NCBI RefSeq assembly: GCF_054482595.1 | Contig: NZ_CM137008.1 | Length of the DNA stretch: 64,000 bases | Direction: 5' to 3' (one strand) | In this document: positions 21,018 through 28,107 of the stretch, one piece after another | Layout of the letters: each line of letters begins with the position of its first letter | Numbering within the stretch: the stretch's first letter is position 1 | Notes under the pieces: model-generated | Seen by the model: only the letters and a program-made list of their open reading frames with translations | Databases searched by the model: none | Told to the model about the DNA's origin: nothing | Made by a program: the position numbers and the translations under genes

Positions 21018-21512
21018 ATGACCAGAGACGATTATAAATTTTATATTCACTACTCTTATGTATTGGAGAAGATGAATTACACGTTGTTAACTCGTATTGA
21101 TAAATTAATAACGTTGATGTTAATCGTTCTCGGTTTTTCAGTTTTCGCCCCGTACAGTAATTTATTTATTTTCGGTTTGTTTGTTGCCGTACTTTCGGTT
21201 CTTCAGTTGGTCTATCAGTTCGGCCAGGAGGCTGGGATGTCTAAAGAACAAGCGAGGCATTACAAAAGACTGCTGATTGAGTCTGATACTCTTTCTGAAG
21301 ATCAGTTGCAAGCTAGGTATTTAAAAATCCAAGATACCGATAGTAATCCATGGAAATCACTTGAACGAGCGGCTTTCATTCGGGCCTGCATTTTTGCTGG
21401 TGTTCCAACTAAGTACGATCTAACAACCAAAGAAAAATTTATTGCTTGGTGTGCGGGAGATCTACCTCTAGAGAATGAACTAACGGATATTAATGATGAC
21501 CAACAAGCATAA
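21018..21512 (+). CDS. Small membrane protein with two predicted TM helices (moron; possible abortive-infection/superinfection-exclusion effector)
   Basis: 164-aa ORF; two hydrophobic segments (LITLMLIVLGFSVFAP and LFIFGLFVAVLSVLQLVY) then a charged soluble C-terminus; AT-rich; opposite strand to int/xis/cI. Confidence 0.6.
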   Translation: MTRDDYKFYIHYSYVLEKMNYTLLTRIDKLITLMLIVLGFSVFAPYSNLFIFGLFVAVLSVLQLVYQFGQEAGMSKEQARHYKRLLIESDTLSEDQLQARYLKIQDTDSNPWKSLERAAFIRACIFAGVPTKYDLTTKEKFIAWCAGDLPLENELTDINDDQQA

Positions 21513-21567
21513 TCCAGTTCACGGACATGTACCTCCGAAGCCGAAACCACCGAAACCGAAGAAATGA
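21493..21567 (+). CDS. Micro-ORF (24 aa) encoding MMTNKHNPVHGHVPPKPKPPKPKK
   Basis: Overlaps the 3' end of the 21018 gene in another frame; proline/lysine-rich C-terminus. Confidence 0.35.
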   Translation: MMTNKHNPVHGHVPPKPKPPKPKK

Positions 21568-21586
21568 GACATAATAGGATTGGATA

Positions 21587-21655
21587 ATGAGTCGACCAAT
21601 AGAGCCTTTTCATATTCCACCTCGTCCCAGGCCACCAGATCCAGGCCCAAAGTGA
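21587..21655 (+). CDS. Micro-ORF (22 aa) encoding MSRPIEPFHIPPRPRPPDPGPK
   Basis: ATG preceded by AGGA RBS; proline/arginine-rich; followed by a terminator. Confidence 0.35.
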   Translation: MSRPIEPFHIPPRPRPPDPGPK

Positions 21656-21680
21656 GGGTTACTGATTTTTAAAGAGCGAA

Positions 21681-21702
21681 GCGTCCGGTAGGGCGCTTTT
21701 TT
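21681..21702 (+). terminator. Rho-independent terminator ending the small + strand moron operon
   Basis: GCGUCCGGUAGGGCGC 6-bp stem (one G-U pair) with GGUA tetraloop, followed by UUUUUUG. Confidence 0.5.
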
Positions 21703-21818
21703 GTTGCTAACGAATCATCTTGGACTTCATATGCCCCAGGCGGCTACTTCGTGAGCGTCCTGCCTGTTTGTTGTTTCTCTTGGGTACATTATGTATCTCA
21801 AAGGTACATTGTCAAGCA

Positions 21819-21842
21819 TAAAAAAACCTGCCGAAGCAGGTT
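21819..21842 (-). terminator. Rho-independent terminator downstream of cI
   Basis: Minus-strand RNA: ACCUGCUUCGGCAGGU hairpin followed by UUUUUUU, immediately after the cI stop. Confidence 0.65.
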
Positions 21843-21854
21843 CATAAACATTGA

Positions 21855-22529
21855 TTAGGCTTTGATTTTGTATCTTCTTGGTTTTCCTGAGAAAATCACA
21901 GTACCAATTATAGAGCAATTACCGTTGATCTTAATGTAAGGCTCAGGCCAGTTTGGGTTTAACGCTTTGAGATAACGCTGTGTCCCATCTTCTATCAACC
22001 TTTTGAAGGTGGTTTCACCTGTATCGTGCATCAATGCAATAACGTCGTCACCGTGGCAGGCAGGTACTTCAGGATCGACAAAAATCATGTCTCCCGGGCG
22101 GTACTCATCAATCATTGAATCACCTATCACCCGCAAGATATAAGTCATTTCCCCACAGGGTACAGGGCAGGGATACGTTTCTGCTGTGCTCAAATCAACC
22201 TCAGAATATCCAACTTCTTTCCATGCTCCGGCCTGTACCCATGATATGACAGGGACTAATGTGATTTGTTTATTAGTGATTGAAACATCAGGTTTTTTTG
22301 TGATGTTCGTTGTCTGGTGTTCTTGATCGAGCCATCCGACAGGCAGGTCGAAACATTTTTCGATGTGTCGTGCCATGCTGTCACCGATATTTTTAGTAGC
22401 ACCATCTCCCATAAACCTGCTGGTTTGGGTTGGCTCGCGATCAATCATAGTGGCAAAGGAAGAATTCCCGCCAACACCATCTCTCAGTTTTCTGGCGTTA
22501 GACCGCCGGATGTCATGGATTGTTTTCAT
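21855..22529 (-). CDS. Phage cI-like repressor (HTH plus S24 LexA-type peptidase domain)
   Basis: 224 aa; C-terminal part carries the S24 pattern (VIGDSM ... KR, Ser/Lys dyad context); divergent from the cro-like gene. Confidence 0.8.
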   Translation of the reverse strand: MKTIHDIRRSNARKLRDGVGGNSSFATMIDREPTQTSRFMGDGATKNIGDSMARHIEKCFDLPVGWLDQEHQTTNITKKPDVSITNKQITLVPVISWVQAGAWKEVGYSEVDLSTAETYPCPVPCGEMTYILRVIGDSMIDEYRPGDMIFVDPEVPACHGDDVIALMHDTGETTFKRLIEDGTQRYLKALNPNWPEPYIKINGNCSIIGTVIFSGKPRRYKIKA

Positions 22530-22544
22530 AACGAAATTAAAACC

Positions 22545-22565
22545 CTTGTACCGTTAAGGTACAAG
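22545..22565. promoter_or_regulatory. Putative operator palindrome (CTTGTACC-GTTAA-GGTACAAG) between cI and cro
   Basis: Perfect 8-bp inverted repeat in the 90-bp divergent intergenic region; further GGTACA half-sites at about 22606 and 21781..21810. Confidence 0.5.
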
Positions 22566-22619
22566 TATCTTGAAGGTTCATTTTAATCATGTAATATGTA
22601 TACCGGAGGTACATATTGT

Positions 22620-22820
22620 ATGAAAGCGTATTGGGACTCTTTAACCAAAGAACAGCAGGGCGAGTTGGCCGGAAAAGTTGGCTCAACACCTGGCTACTTA
22701 CGGCTGGTTTTCAATGGCTATAAAAAAGCCAGTTTTGTGCTGGCTAAAAAACTTGAGCAATGCACGTCAGGTGCAATTACGAAATCTGACTTAAGACCGG
22801 ATATCTATCCGAAAGATTAG
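22620..22820 (+). CDS. Cro-like HTH transcriptional regulator
   Basis: 66-aa product from ATG with GGAGG RBS; divergent from cI; HTH-like segment ELAGKVGSTPGYLRLVFNG. Confidence 0.7.
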   Translation: MKAYWDSLTKEQQGELAGKVGSTPGYLRLVFNGYKKASFVLAKKLEQCTSGAITKSDLRPDIYPKD

Positions 22821-22851
22821 CAGAACACTTTCAATTTTTAACCACAGAACG

Positions 22852-23415
22852 ATGAGGCTAATCGTGGGTAAGCATCACTGGAAAATAGAAAAACAGCCTG
22901 AGTGGTACATGAAAGCTGTCAGAAAAACTATCGCGGCGTTGCCGGGTGGTTACGCTGAAGCCGCTGACTGGCTGGATGTAACAGAGAACGCATTATTTAA
23001 CCGCCTTCGTGCCGATGGCGATCAGATTTTCCCGCTGGGATGGGCAATGATTTTGCAACGTGCTGGTGGAACTCACTTCATTGCTGATGCTGTGGCGCAG
23101 TCTGCAAATGGCGTCTTTGTGTCTCTTCCTGACGTCGAGGATGTGGACAACGCCGATATTAACCAGCGTCTGCTGGAAGTCATTGAACAGATTGGCAGTT
23201 ATTCAAAACAGATTCGTTCAGCAATCGAAGACGGTGTAGTGGAACCGCATGAGAAGACAGCAATTAATGACGAGCTGTACCTCTCAATTTCGAAGCTGCA
23301 GGAGCATGCAGCACTGGTCTACAAAATTTTTTGCATTTCAGAAAGTAATGACGCCCGCGAGTGTGCAGCTCCGGGCGCCGTGGCGTGTCGTGACTGTGGA
23401 GAAACTAACGCATGA
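22852..23415 (+). CDS. Phage early regulatory protein (CII-like position; family uncertain)
   Basis: 187-aa ORF immediately after cro, coupled (ATGA) to the next ORF; possible GTG start at 22864 with GAGG RBS. Confidence 0.45.
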   Translation: MRLIVGKHHWKIEKQPEWYMKAVRKTIAALPGGYAEAADWLDVTENALFNRLRADGDQIFPLGWAMILQRAGGTHFIADAVAQSANGVFVSLPDVEDVDNADINQRLLEVIEQIGSYSKQIRSAIEDGVVEPHEKTAINDELYLSISKLQEHAALVYKIFCISESNDARECAAPGAVACRDCGETNA

Positions 23416-23750
23416 ACAGTTTAACAACACATTACCGTCGCTCGCAACTGATTGCACTTCCTGTACCGGGTGGAAAAGCGAAGGTGGAGTATTGCTATGC
23501 AGTGAATGTACCAGGTGACAGGGAAATTGTAACCCACAGCTTTGCAGAGTGGGCTGTGGGCGATTTCAACCGGCAAAAGGAGACAGTCCTTTGCGACAAG
23601 TTAACCGCTGGTTCAAAGATCACTACGGAGTGCCCGTCAGAGTCATTCGTTGGGAGCCGGAAACACAACGGGTTATCTACCTCCGCGAAGGCTATGAGCA
23701 TGAGTGCTTCAGCCCGCTCGAACAGTTTCGTCGTAAATTCAGGGAAATAG
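23412..23750 (+). CDS. Hypothetical phage protein (possibly frameshifted with 23549..23770)
   Basis: ORF start coupled to the upstream gene (ATGA overlap); C-terminal half is low-complexity and overlaps a more protein-like ORF in another frame. Confidence 0.3.
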   Translation: MNSLTTHYRRSQLIALPVPGGKAKVEYCYAVNVPGDREIVTHSFAEWAVGDFNRQKETVLCDKLTAGSKITTECPSESFVGSRKHNGLSTSAKAMSMSASARSNSFVVNSGK

Positions 23751-23770
23751 AGGTCGGTCATGAGCACTAA
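23549..23770 (+). CDS. Hypothetical phage protein
   Basis: 73-aa ORF whose stop overlaps the start of the replication gene; globular-looking sequence ([33 protein letters not shown]). Confidence 0.35.
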   Translation: MGCGRFQPAKGDSPLRQVNRWFKDHYGVPVRVIRWEPETQRVIYLREGYEHECFSPLEQFRRKFREIEVGHEH

Positions 23771-24701
23771 ATTAACCGGCTATGTATGGGATGGTTGCGC
23801 TGCGTCAGGCATGAAGTTATCCAGCGTGGCAATTATGGCCCGCCTGGCTGATTTCAGTAATGACGAAGGTGTGTGCTGGCCATCAATTGAAACCATTGCC
23901 CGCCAGATTGGCGCGGGGATGAGCACCGTCAGAACGGCTATCGCACGGCTGGAAGCAGAAGGCTGGTTAACTCGTAAGGCGCGTCGCCAGGGTAACCGCA
24001 ATGCGTCGAATGTTTATCAGCTTAACGTTGCGAAGCTTCAGGCAGCGGCATTTTCTCAACTGTCAGATTCTGACCCGTCAAAATCTGACGCATCAAAATC
24101 TGACCCGTCAAAATTTGATGCGTCGAAATCTGGCAAAAAAGCGGGTTTTCACCCGTCAGAATCTGGCGGGGATCCGTCAGTAAAATCAAAACATGATCCG
24201 TCAGATAAAAAAAACTCTCGTCCGGACGCTTCGCAACCGGACACGCAGATGGATGAACAGGATTTTTTAACTCGCCATCCTGATGCGGTTGTATTCAGCC
24301 CTAAAAAGCGCCAGTGGGGGACGCAGGATGATTTGACCTGCGCACAGTGGCTCTGGAAAAAAATCATCGCCCTGTACGAGCAGGCTGCCGAATGTGACGG
24401 CGAGGTGGTTCGTCCCAAAGAACCGAACTGGACAGCCTGGGCAAACGAAATTCGCCTGATGTGTGTGCAGGATGGTCGTACTCACAAACAAATCTGCGAG
24501 ATGTACAGCCGCGTCAGCCGCGATCCGTTCTGGTGCCGTAACGTGCTCAGCCCGTCGAAGCTGCGGGAAAAATGGGATGAGCTTTCCCTGCGCTTATCGC
24601 CGTCCGTAAGCACGTACACCGAAAAACGCGAAGACCCGTACTTCAAATCCAGTTACGACAACGTGGACTACAGCCAGATCCCGGCAGGATTCAGGGGGTG
24701 A
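23760..24701 (+). CDS. Phage replication initiation protein (N-terminal HTH, central SKSD repeat linker, DnaT-like C-terminus)
   Basis: 313 aa; N-terminal winged-helix-like region (IARQIGAGMSTVRTAIARLEAEGWL); repeat peptide DPSKSDASKSDPSKFDASKSG encoded by DNA iterons; position equivalent to lambda O. Confidence 0.7.
   Translation: MSTKLTGYVWDGCAASGMKLSSVAIMARLADFSNDEGVCWPSIETIARQIGAGMSTVRTAIARLEAEGWLTRKARRQGNRNASNVYQLNVAKLQAAAFSQLSDSDPSKSDASKSDPSKFDASKSGKKAGFHPSESGGDPSVKSKHDPSDKKNSRPDASQPDTQMDEQDFLTRHPDAVVFSPKKRQWGTQDDLTCAQWLWKKIIALYEQAAECDGEVVRPKEPNWTAWANEIRLMCVQDGRTHKQICEMYSRVSRDPFWCRNVLSPSKLREKWDELSLRLSPSVSTYTEKREDPYFKSSYDNVDYSQIPAGFRG
24069..24128. repeat. Four tandem 15-bp iterons (TCTGACNCNTCAAAA) inside the replication gene, putative ori
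   Basis: Direct repeats, each with internal dyad GTCA-AAAT-CTGAC, followed by further CCGTCAG motifs and an A-rich tract; same layout as lambda ori inside O. Confidence 0.55.
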
Positions 24702-25192
24702 TCATGAGTCTTTTGAATGACGTTCAGAAATTCATTGAAGCCCATCCGGGGTGTACTTCCGGAGACATTGCGGATGCTTTTGCTGGTTACTCACGGCAGC
24801 GCGTTCTGCAGTCAGCAAGCAAGTTACGTCAGAGTGGGCGTGTGGCTCACCGTTGTGAAGGGGATACACGCAGACATTTCCCGCGCCTGACTGAGAGAGC
24901 GCAGGAACTGGAACCACAACCAGTTCGAGAAACCAGATCTGTGCGCAATTTCTATGTCGGCACTAACGATCCCCGGGTGATTTTGTGCCTGACCCGCCAG
25001 GCTGAAAAACTGGAGTCCAGGGGCTTATACCGTCGTGCTGCAACGGTGTGGATGGCGGCATTCCGTGAAAGCCACTCCCAGCCAGAACGAAACAATTTTC
25101 TGGCGCGTCGTGAGCAGTGTTTACGGAAAAGCAGCAAGCGCGCTGTATCGAGTGATGAGTGGTATCTGTCAGGGAATTACGTGGGGGCGTAA
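24698..25192 (+). CDS. Hypothetical phage protein, possibly PerC/Pch-like regulator
   Basis: 164 aa; motif AEKLESRGLYRRAATVWMAA resembles the PerC-family signature as I recall it; low certainty. Confidence 0.4.
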   Translation: MIMSLLNDVQKFIEAHPGCTSGDIADAFAGYSRQRVLQSASKLRQSGRVAHRCEGDTRRHFPRLTERAQELEPQPVRETRSVRNFYVGTNDPRVILCLTRQAEKLESRGLYRRAATVWMAAFRESHSQPERNNFLARREQCLRKSSKRAVSSDEWYLSGNYVGA

Positions 25193-25518
25193 TGACGACG
25201 TTAACTCAATGCCAGCAGCAGGTGCTGGATATGCTGATTTCTTATCAGAAAGAGCGTGGCTTTCCGCCAACCAATCAGGAGGTGGCAACCATGCTGGGAT
25301 ACCGTTCAGTGAATGCAGCGGTAGAGCATCTTCGCGCACTGGAGAAAAAAGGCGTCATCACGATAAAGCGTGGCGTGGCCCGGGGGATAACGCTTCATAC
25401 CGCGGTGAAGGACGACGACAGCGAGGCGGTCGGGATTATCCGCGCACTGCTTGCCGGTGAGGAAAACGCAAGGCTGCGTGCAACCCACTGGTTACATGAG
25501 AGGGGCCTGAAAGTATGA
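25192..25518 (+). CDS. LexA N-terminal DNA-binding-domain-like protein (no S24 peptidase domain)
   Basis: MTTLTQCQQQVLDMLISYQKERGFPPTNQEVATMLGYRSVNAAVEHLRALEKKGVI parallels the LexA N-terminal winged helix (MKALTARQQEV...[26 protein letters not shown]); only about 108 aa. Confidence 0.65.
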   Translation: MTTLTQCQQQVLDMLISYQKERGFPPTNQEVATMLGYRSVNAAVEHLRALEKKGVITIKRGVARGITLHTAVKDDDSEAVGIIRALLAGEENARLRATHWLHERGLKV

Positions 25519-25904
25519 AGCTGATCCTGCCTTTTCCGCCCAGCGTGAACACGTACTGGCGACACCCCAACAAAGGGGCGTTTGCTGGTAAGAGCCTGAT
25601 AAGCGCGGCGGGGCGAAAATTCCAGAGCGCGGCGTGTGCAGCAATAGTTGAGCAGTTACGTCGTCTGCCGAAACCAACGTCGGCACCTGCTTCAGTGGAG
25701 ATCGTGTTGTTTCCTCCGGATAACCGGATCCGCGATCTGGACAACTATAACAAGGCGCTGTTTGACGCCCTGACCCACGCGGGTGTGTGGGAAGACGACA
25801 GCCAGGTGAAAAGAATGTTGGTGGAGTGGGGACCGGTTATCCCGGAAGGGAAGGTCGAGATCACTATCAGTAAGTACGAGAAAACGGCGGGTGCAGCCGC
25901 CTGA
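25515..25904 (+). CDS. rusA: Holliday junction resolvase RusA
   Basis: 129 aa; N-terminal LPFPPSVNTYWR and conserved acidic residues (DLDNYNKALFDAL) typical of RusA. Confidence 0.8.
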   Translation: MKLILPFPPSVNTYWRHPNKGAFAGKSLISAAGRKFQSAACAAIVEQLRRLPKPTSAPASVEIVLFPPDNRIRDLDNYNKALFDALTHAGVWEDDSQVKRMLVEWGPVIPEGKVEITISKYEKTAGAAA

Positions 25905-25923
25905 TCAAGAGGAGAAACGAAGT

Positions 25924-26721
25924 ATGAATAATCTGATGGTCATTGATGGTATTGAAGTTCGTCGTGATGCTTATGGGCGTTACAGCCTGAACGATCTGCA
26001 CAGGGCTGCCGGTTCTCTGGATAAGCATAAGCCTGCATTCTGGCTCCGCAATGAGCAAACTGAACGTTTAATAAGCGAGTTGCAGATTTGCAACTCGGTC
26101 AATATAGAGCCAGTTAACGTTATTCGCGGCGGAAATAATCAGGGGACGTATGTCTGTAAGGAACTGGTGTATGCCTATGCAATGTGGATCAGCCCGTCAT
26201 TCCATCTGAAGGTGATCCGTACTTTCGACATGGTAACCAGCGCACCGGAAAAATTATCCGGACAGGCTGCTGACAAGATGCAGGCTGGAGTGATTCTGCT
26301 GGACTTTATGCGTCGGGAGTTAAACCTGTCTAACTCATCTGTGCTTGGGGCCTGTCAAAAACTCCAGGAGGCTGTTGGCTTACCGAATCTGGCACCGCGC
26401 TATGCCATTGATGCTCCTGCTGATGCACACGATGGCTCAAGTCGCCCCACGCTGTCGCTGAGTGCACTGCTGAAGCAGTATGGTATCCGCCTGACGGCTA
26501 ATCAGGCATATCACCAGATGGTGAAGCTGGGGATCGTTGAACAACGCGAACGATACAGCCGTACCGCGATTAACAACATCAAAAAATTCTGGTCGCTGAC
26601 AGCGAAAGGCTGCATGTTCGGCAAGAACATCACCAGTCCCGCAAATCCGCGCGAGACGCAGCCGCATTTCTTCGAATCCCGATTCCCTGAGCTGTTAAAG
26701 CTGCTCGATACCGTTCATTGA
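25924..26721 (+). CDS. KilA-N domain-containing protein (putative antirepressor-like)
   Basis: Start set at MNNLMVIDG; N-terminal region has KilA-N character (YSLNDLHRAAG ... TYVCKELVYAYAMWISPSFHLKVI). Confidence 0.6.
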   Translation: MNNLMVIDGIEVRRDAYGRYSLNDLHRAAGSLDKHKPAFWLRNEQTERLISELQICNSVNIEPVNVIRGGNNQGTYVCKELVYAYAMWISPSFHLKVIRTFDMVTSAPEKLSGQAADKMQAGVILLDFMRRELNLSNSSVLGACQKLQEAVGLPNLAPRYAIDAPADAHDGSSRPTLSLSALLKQYGIRLTANQAYHQMVKLGIVEQRERYSRTAINNIKKFWSLTAKGCMFGKNITSPANPRETQPHFFESRFPELLKLLDTVH

Positions 26722-26722
26722 G

Positions 26723-27718
26723 GTGACCGTGAGAGCACTACTGACCCCTGAAATTGCCCCGCGTATGGGGATCGTATTGTTCAGACCAGGTTCAGAACTG
26801 ATGCCCCTGTTTATGCAGGGGCGTGTCCTGCTGGAGCCTGAGCCGGAACGTTATTCATCTTTCGCCAGTGGTGCCGTTCCGGCAGCATCACAACCGCTGG
26901 CGGATGATCCTGCCGTTCGGGCCGTGTTCCGCAATGAGGCAGTGATCCGTCGTGCTGGTGGCGTGGAATGTCTTGAAAGCTGGTTACTTCGTGAAAAAGG
27001 CTGTCAGTGGCCTCACTCCGACTGGCACAGCGAAAACATGACCACAACGCGCCATGCGCCGGGCGCAATCCGTCTGTGCTGGCACTGCGATAACCAGTTG
27101 CGTGACCAGTTCACGGAACGGCTGGAATCAATGGCAACGGATAACTGTGCCCGCTGGGTGTTATCTGTTGTGCGCCGTGATCTCGGTTTTGATGATAGTC
27201 ACGTTGTGACAATGCCGGAACTGTGCTGGTGGCTGGTTCGTAATGACCTGGCGGATGCCTTACCGGAAAGTGCAGCCCGTAAGGCACTGAGATTACCGAA
27301 GCCTGTTGTGCCGTCTGTCACCCGGGAAAGTGACCTTGTTCCTTCGGTTCCTGCCACCAGCATCATCCAGGATAAGGCGAAAAAGGTGCTGGCGCTGAAA
27401 GTGGATCCGGAGTCACCGGAGTCTTTTATGTTACGCCCAAAACGTCGCCGCTGGGTTAATGAAAAGTACACGCGCTGGGTTAAGACACAGCCGTGTGCAT
27501 GTTGTGGAAAGCCCGCTGATGATCCCCACCACCTGATAGGCCATGGTCAGGGTGGAATGGGGACAAAAGCGCATGACCTCTTTGTGTTGCCTTTGTGCAG
27601 AAAGCATCACGACGAGCTGCATGCGGATACCGTGGCATTTGAAGAGATGTATGGCTCCCAGCTGGAGCTGATATTTCGTTTTATCGATCGTGCGCTGGCA
27701 ATTGGTGTGCTGGCCTGA
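26723..27718 (+). CDS. Phage protein, DUF968-like with C-terminal His/Cys-rich putative HNH-like motif
   Basis: 331 aa; C-terminal CACCGKPADDPHHLIGHGQGGMGTKAHDLFVLPLCRKHHDELH; position between rusA/KilA-N and Q is typical of this lambdoid family. Confidence 0.5.
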   Translation: MTVRALLTPEIAPRMGIVLFRPGSELMPLFMQGRVLLEPEPERYSSFASGAVPAASQPLADDPAVRAVFRNEAVIRRAGGVECLESWLLREKGCQWPHSDWHSENMTTTRHAPGAIRLCWHCDNQLRDQFTERLESMATDNCARWVLSVVRRDLGFDDSHVVTMPELCWWLVRNDLADALPESAARKALRLPKPVVPSVTRESDLVPSVPATSIIQDKAKKVLALKVDPESPESFMLRPKRRRWVNEKYTRWVKTQPCACCGKPADDPHHLIGHGQGGMGTKAHDLFVLPLCRKHHDELHADTVAFEEMYGSQLELIFRFIDRALAIGVLA

Positions 27719-27735
27719 TTTTGTGGAGAAAGTTG

Positions 27736-28083
27736 ATGCGTGATATGTATGAAGTAATGGATCGTTGGGGAGCTTGGGCTGCTTCAGACAATAGCGGAGT
27801 GGACTGGCAACCGGTAGCCGCTGGCTTCAAGGGACTTTTACCTCATGGCAAAAAGTCCCGGATTCAGTGTGATGATGACGAAGGCATTATGATAGACAGT
27901 TGTGTGGCTCGGTTGCGTAAATATAGGCCTGAAGAATATGAGCTAATCATTGCTCACTTTGTTATCGGTATCTCATTACGCACTATTGCGAAGAAGAGAA
28001 AATGCTCTGATGGGACTATAAGAAAAAAGTTGCAAGCTGCATTGGGATTTATTGATGCAGTTATATATATAATACATGGGTAA
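27736..28083 (+). CDS. Late-gene regulator, Q-like antitermination protein
   Basis: About 115 aa; MRDMYEVMDRWGAWAA ... AAGFKGLL ... CSDGTIRKKLQAALGFIDAV resembles small Q-type antiterminators with a sigma region-4-like HTH; last early gene before the lysis cassette. Confidence 0.6.
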   Translation: MRDMYEVMDRWGAWAASDNSGVDWQPVAAGFKGLLPHGKKSRIQCDDDEGIMIDSCVARLRKYRPEEYELIIAHFVIGISLRTIAKKRKCSDGTIRKKLQAALGFIDAVIYIIHG

Positions 28084-28107
28084 TTTATTAGACGGCCATA
28101 TTGGCCG

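Noticed and set aside
22596-22619. Upstream in-frame ATG of the cro-like ORF (MYTGGTYC...)
   Set aside because: The GGAGG RBS lies inside this extension, 10 nt upstream of the second ATG (22620), which is therefore the likelier start.
24055-24135. Tandem short repeats that superficially resemble a repeat array
   Set aside because: Not CRISPR: repeats are 15 bp, contiguous with no spacers, and lie in-frame inside the replication gene; interpreted as ori iterons.
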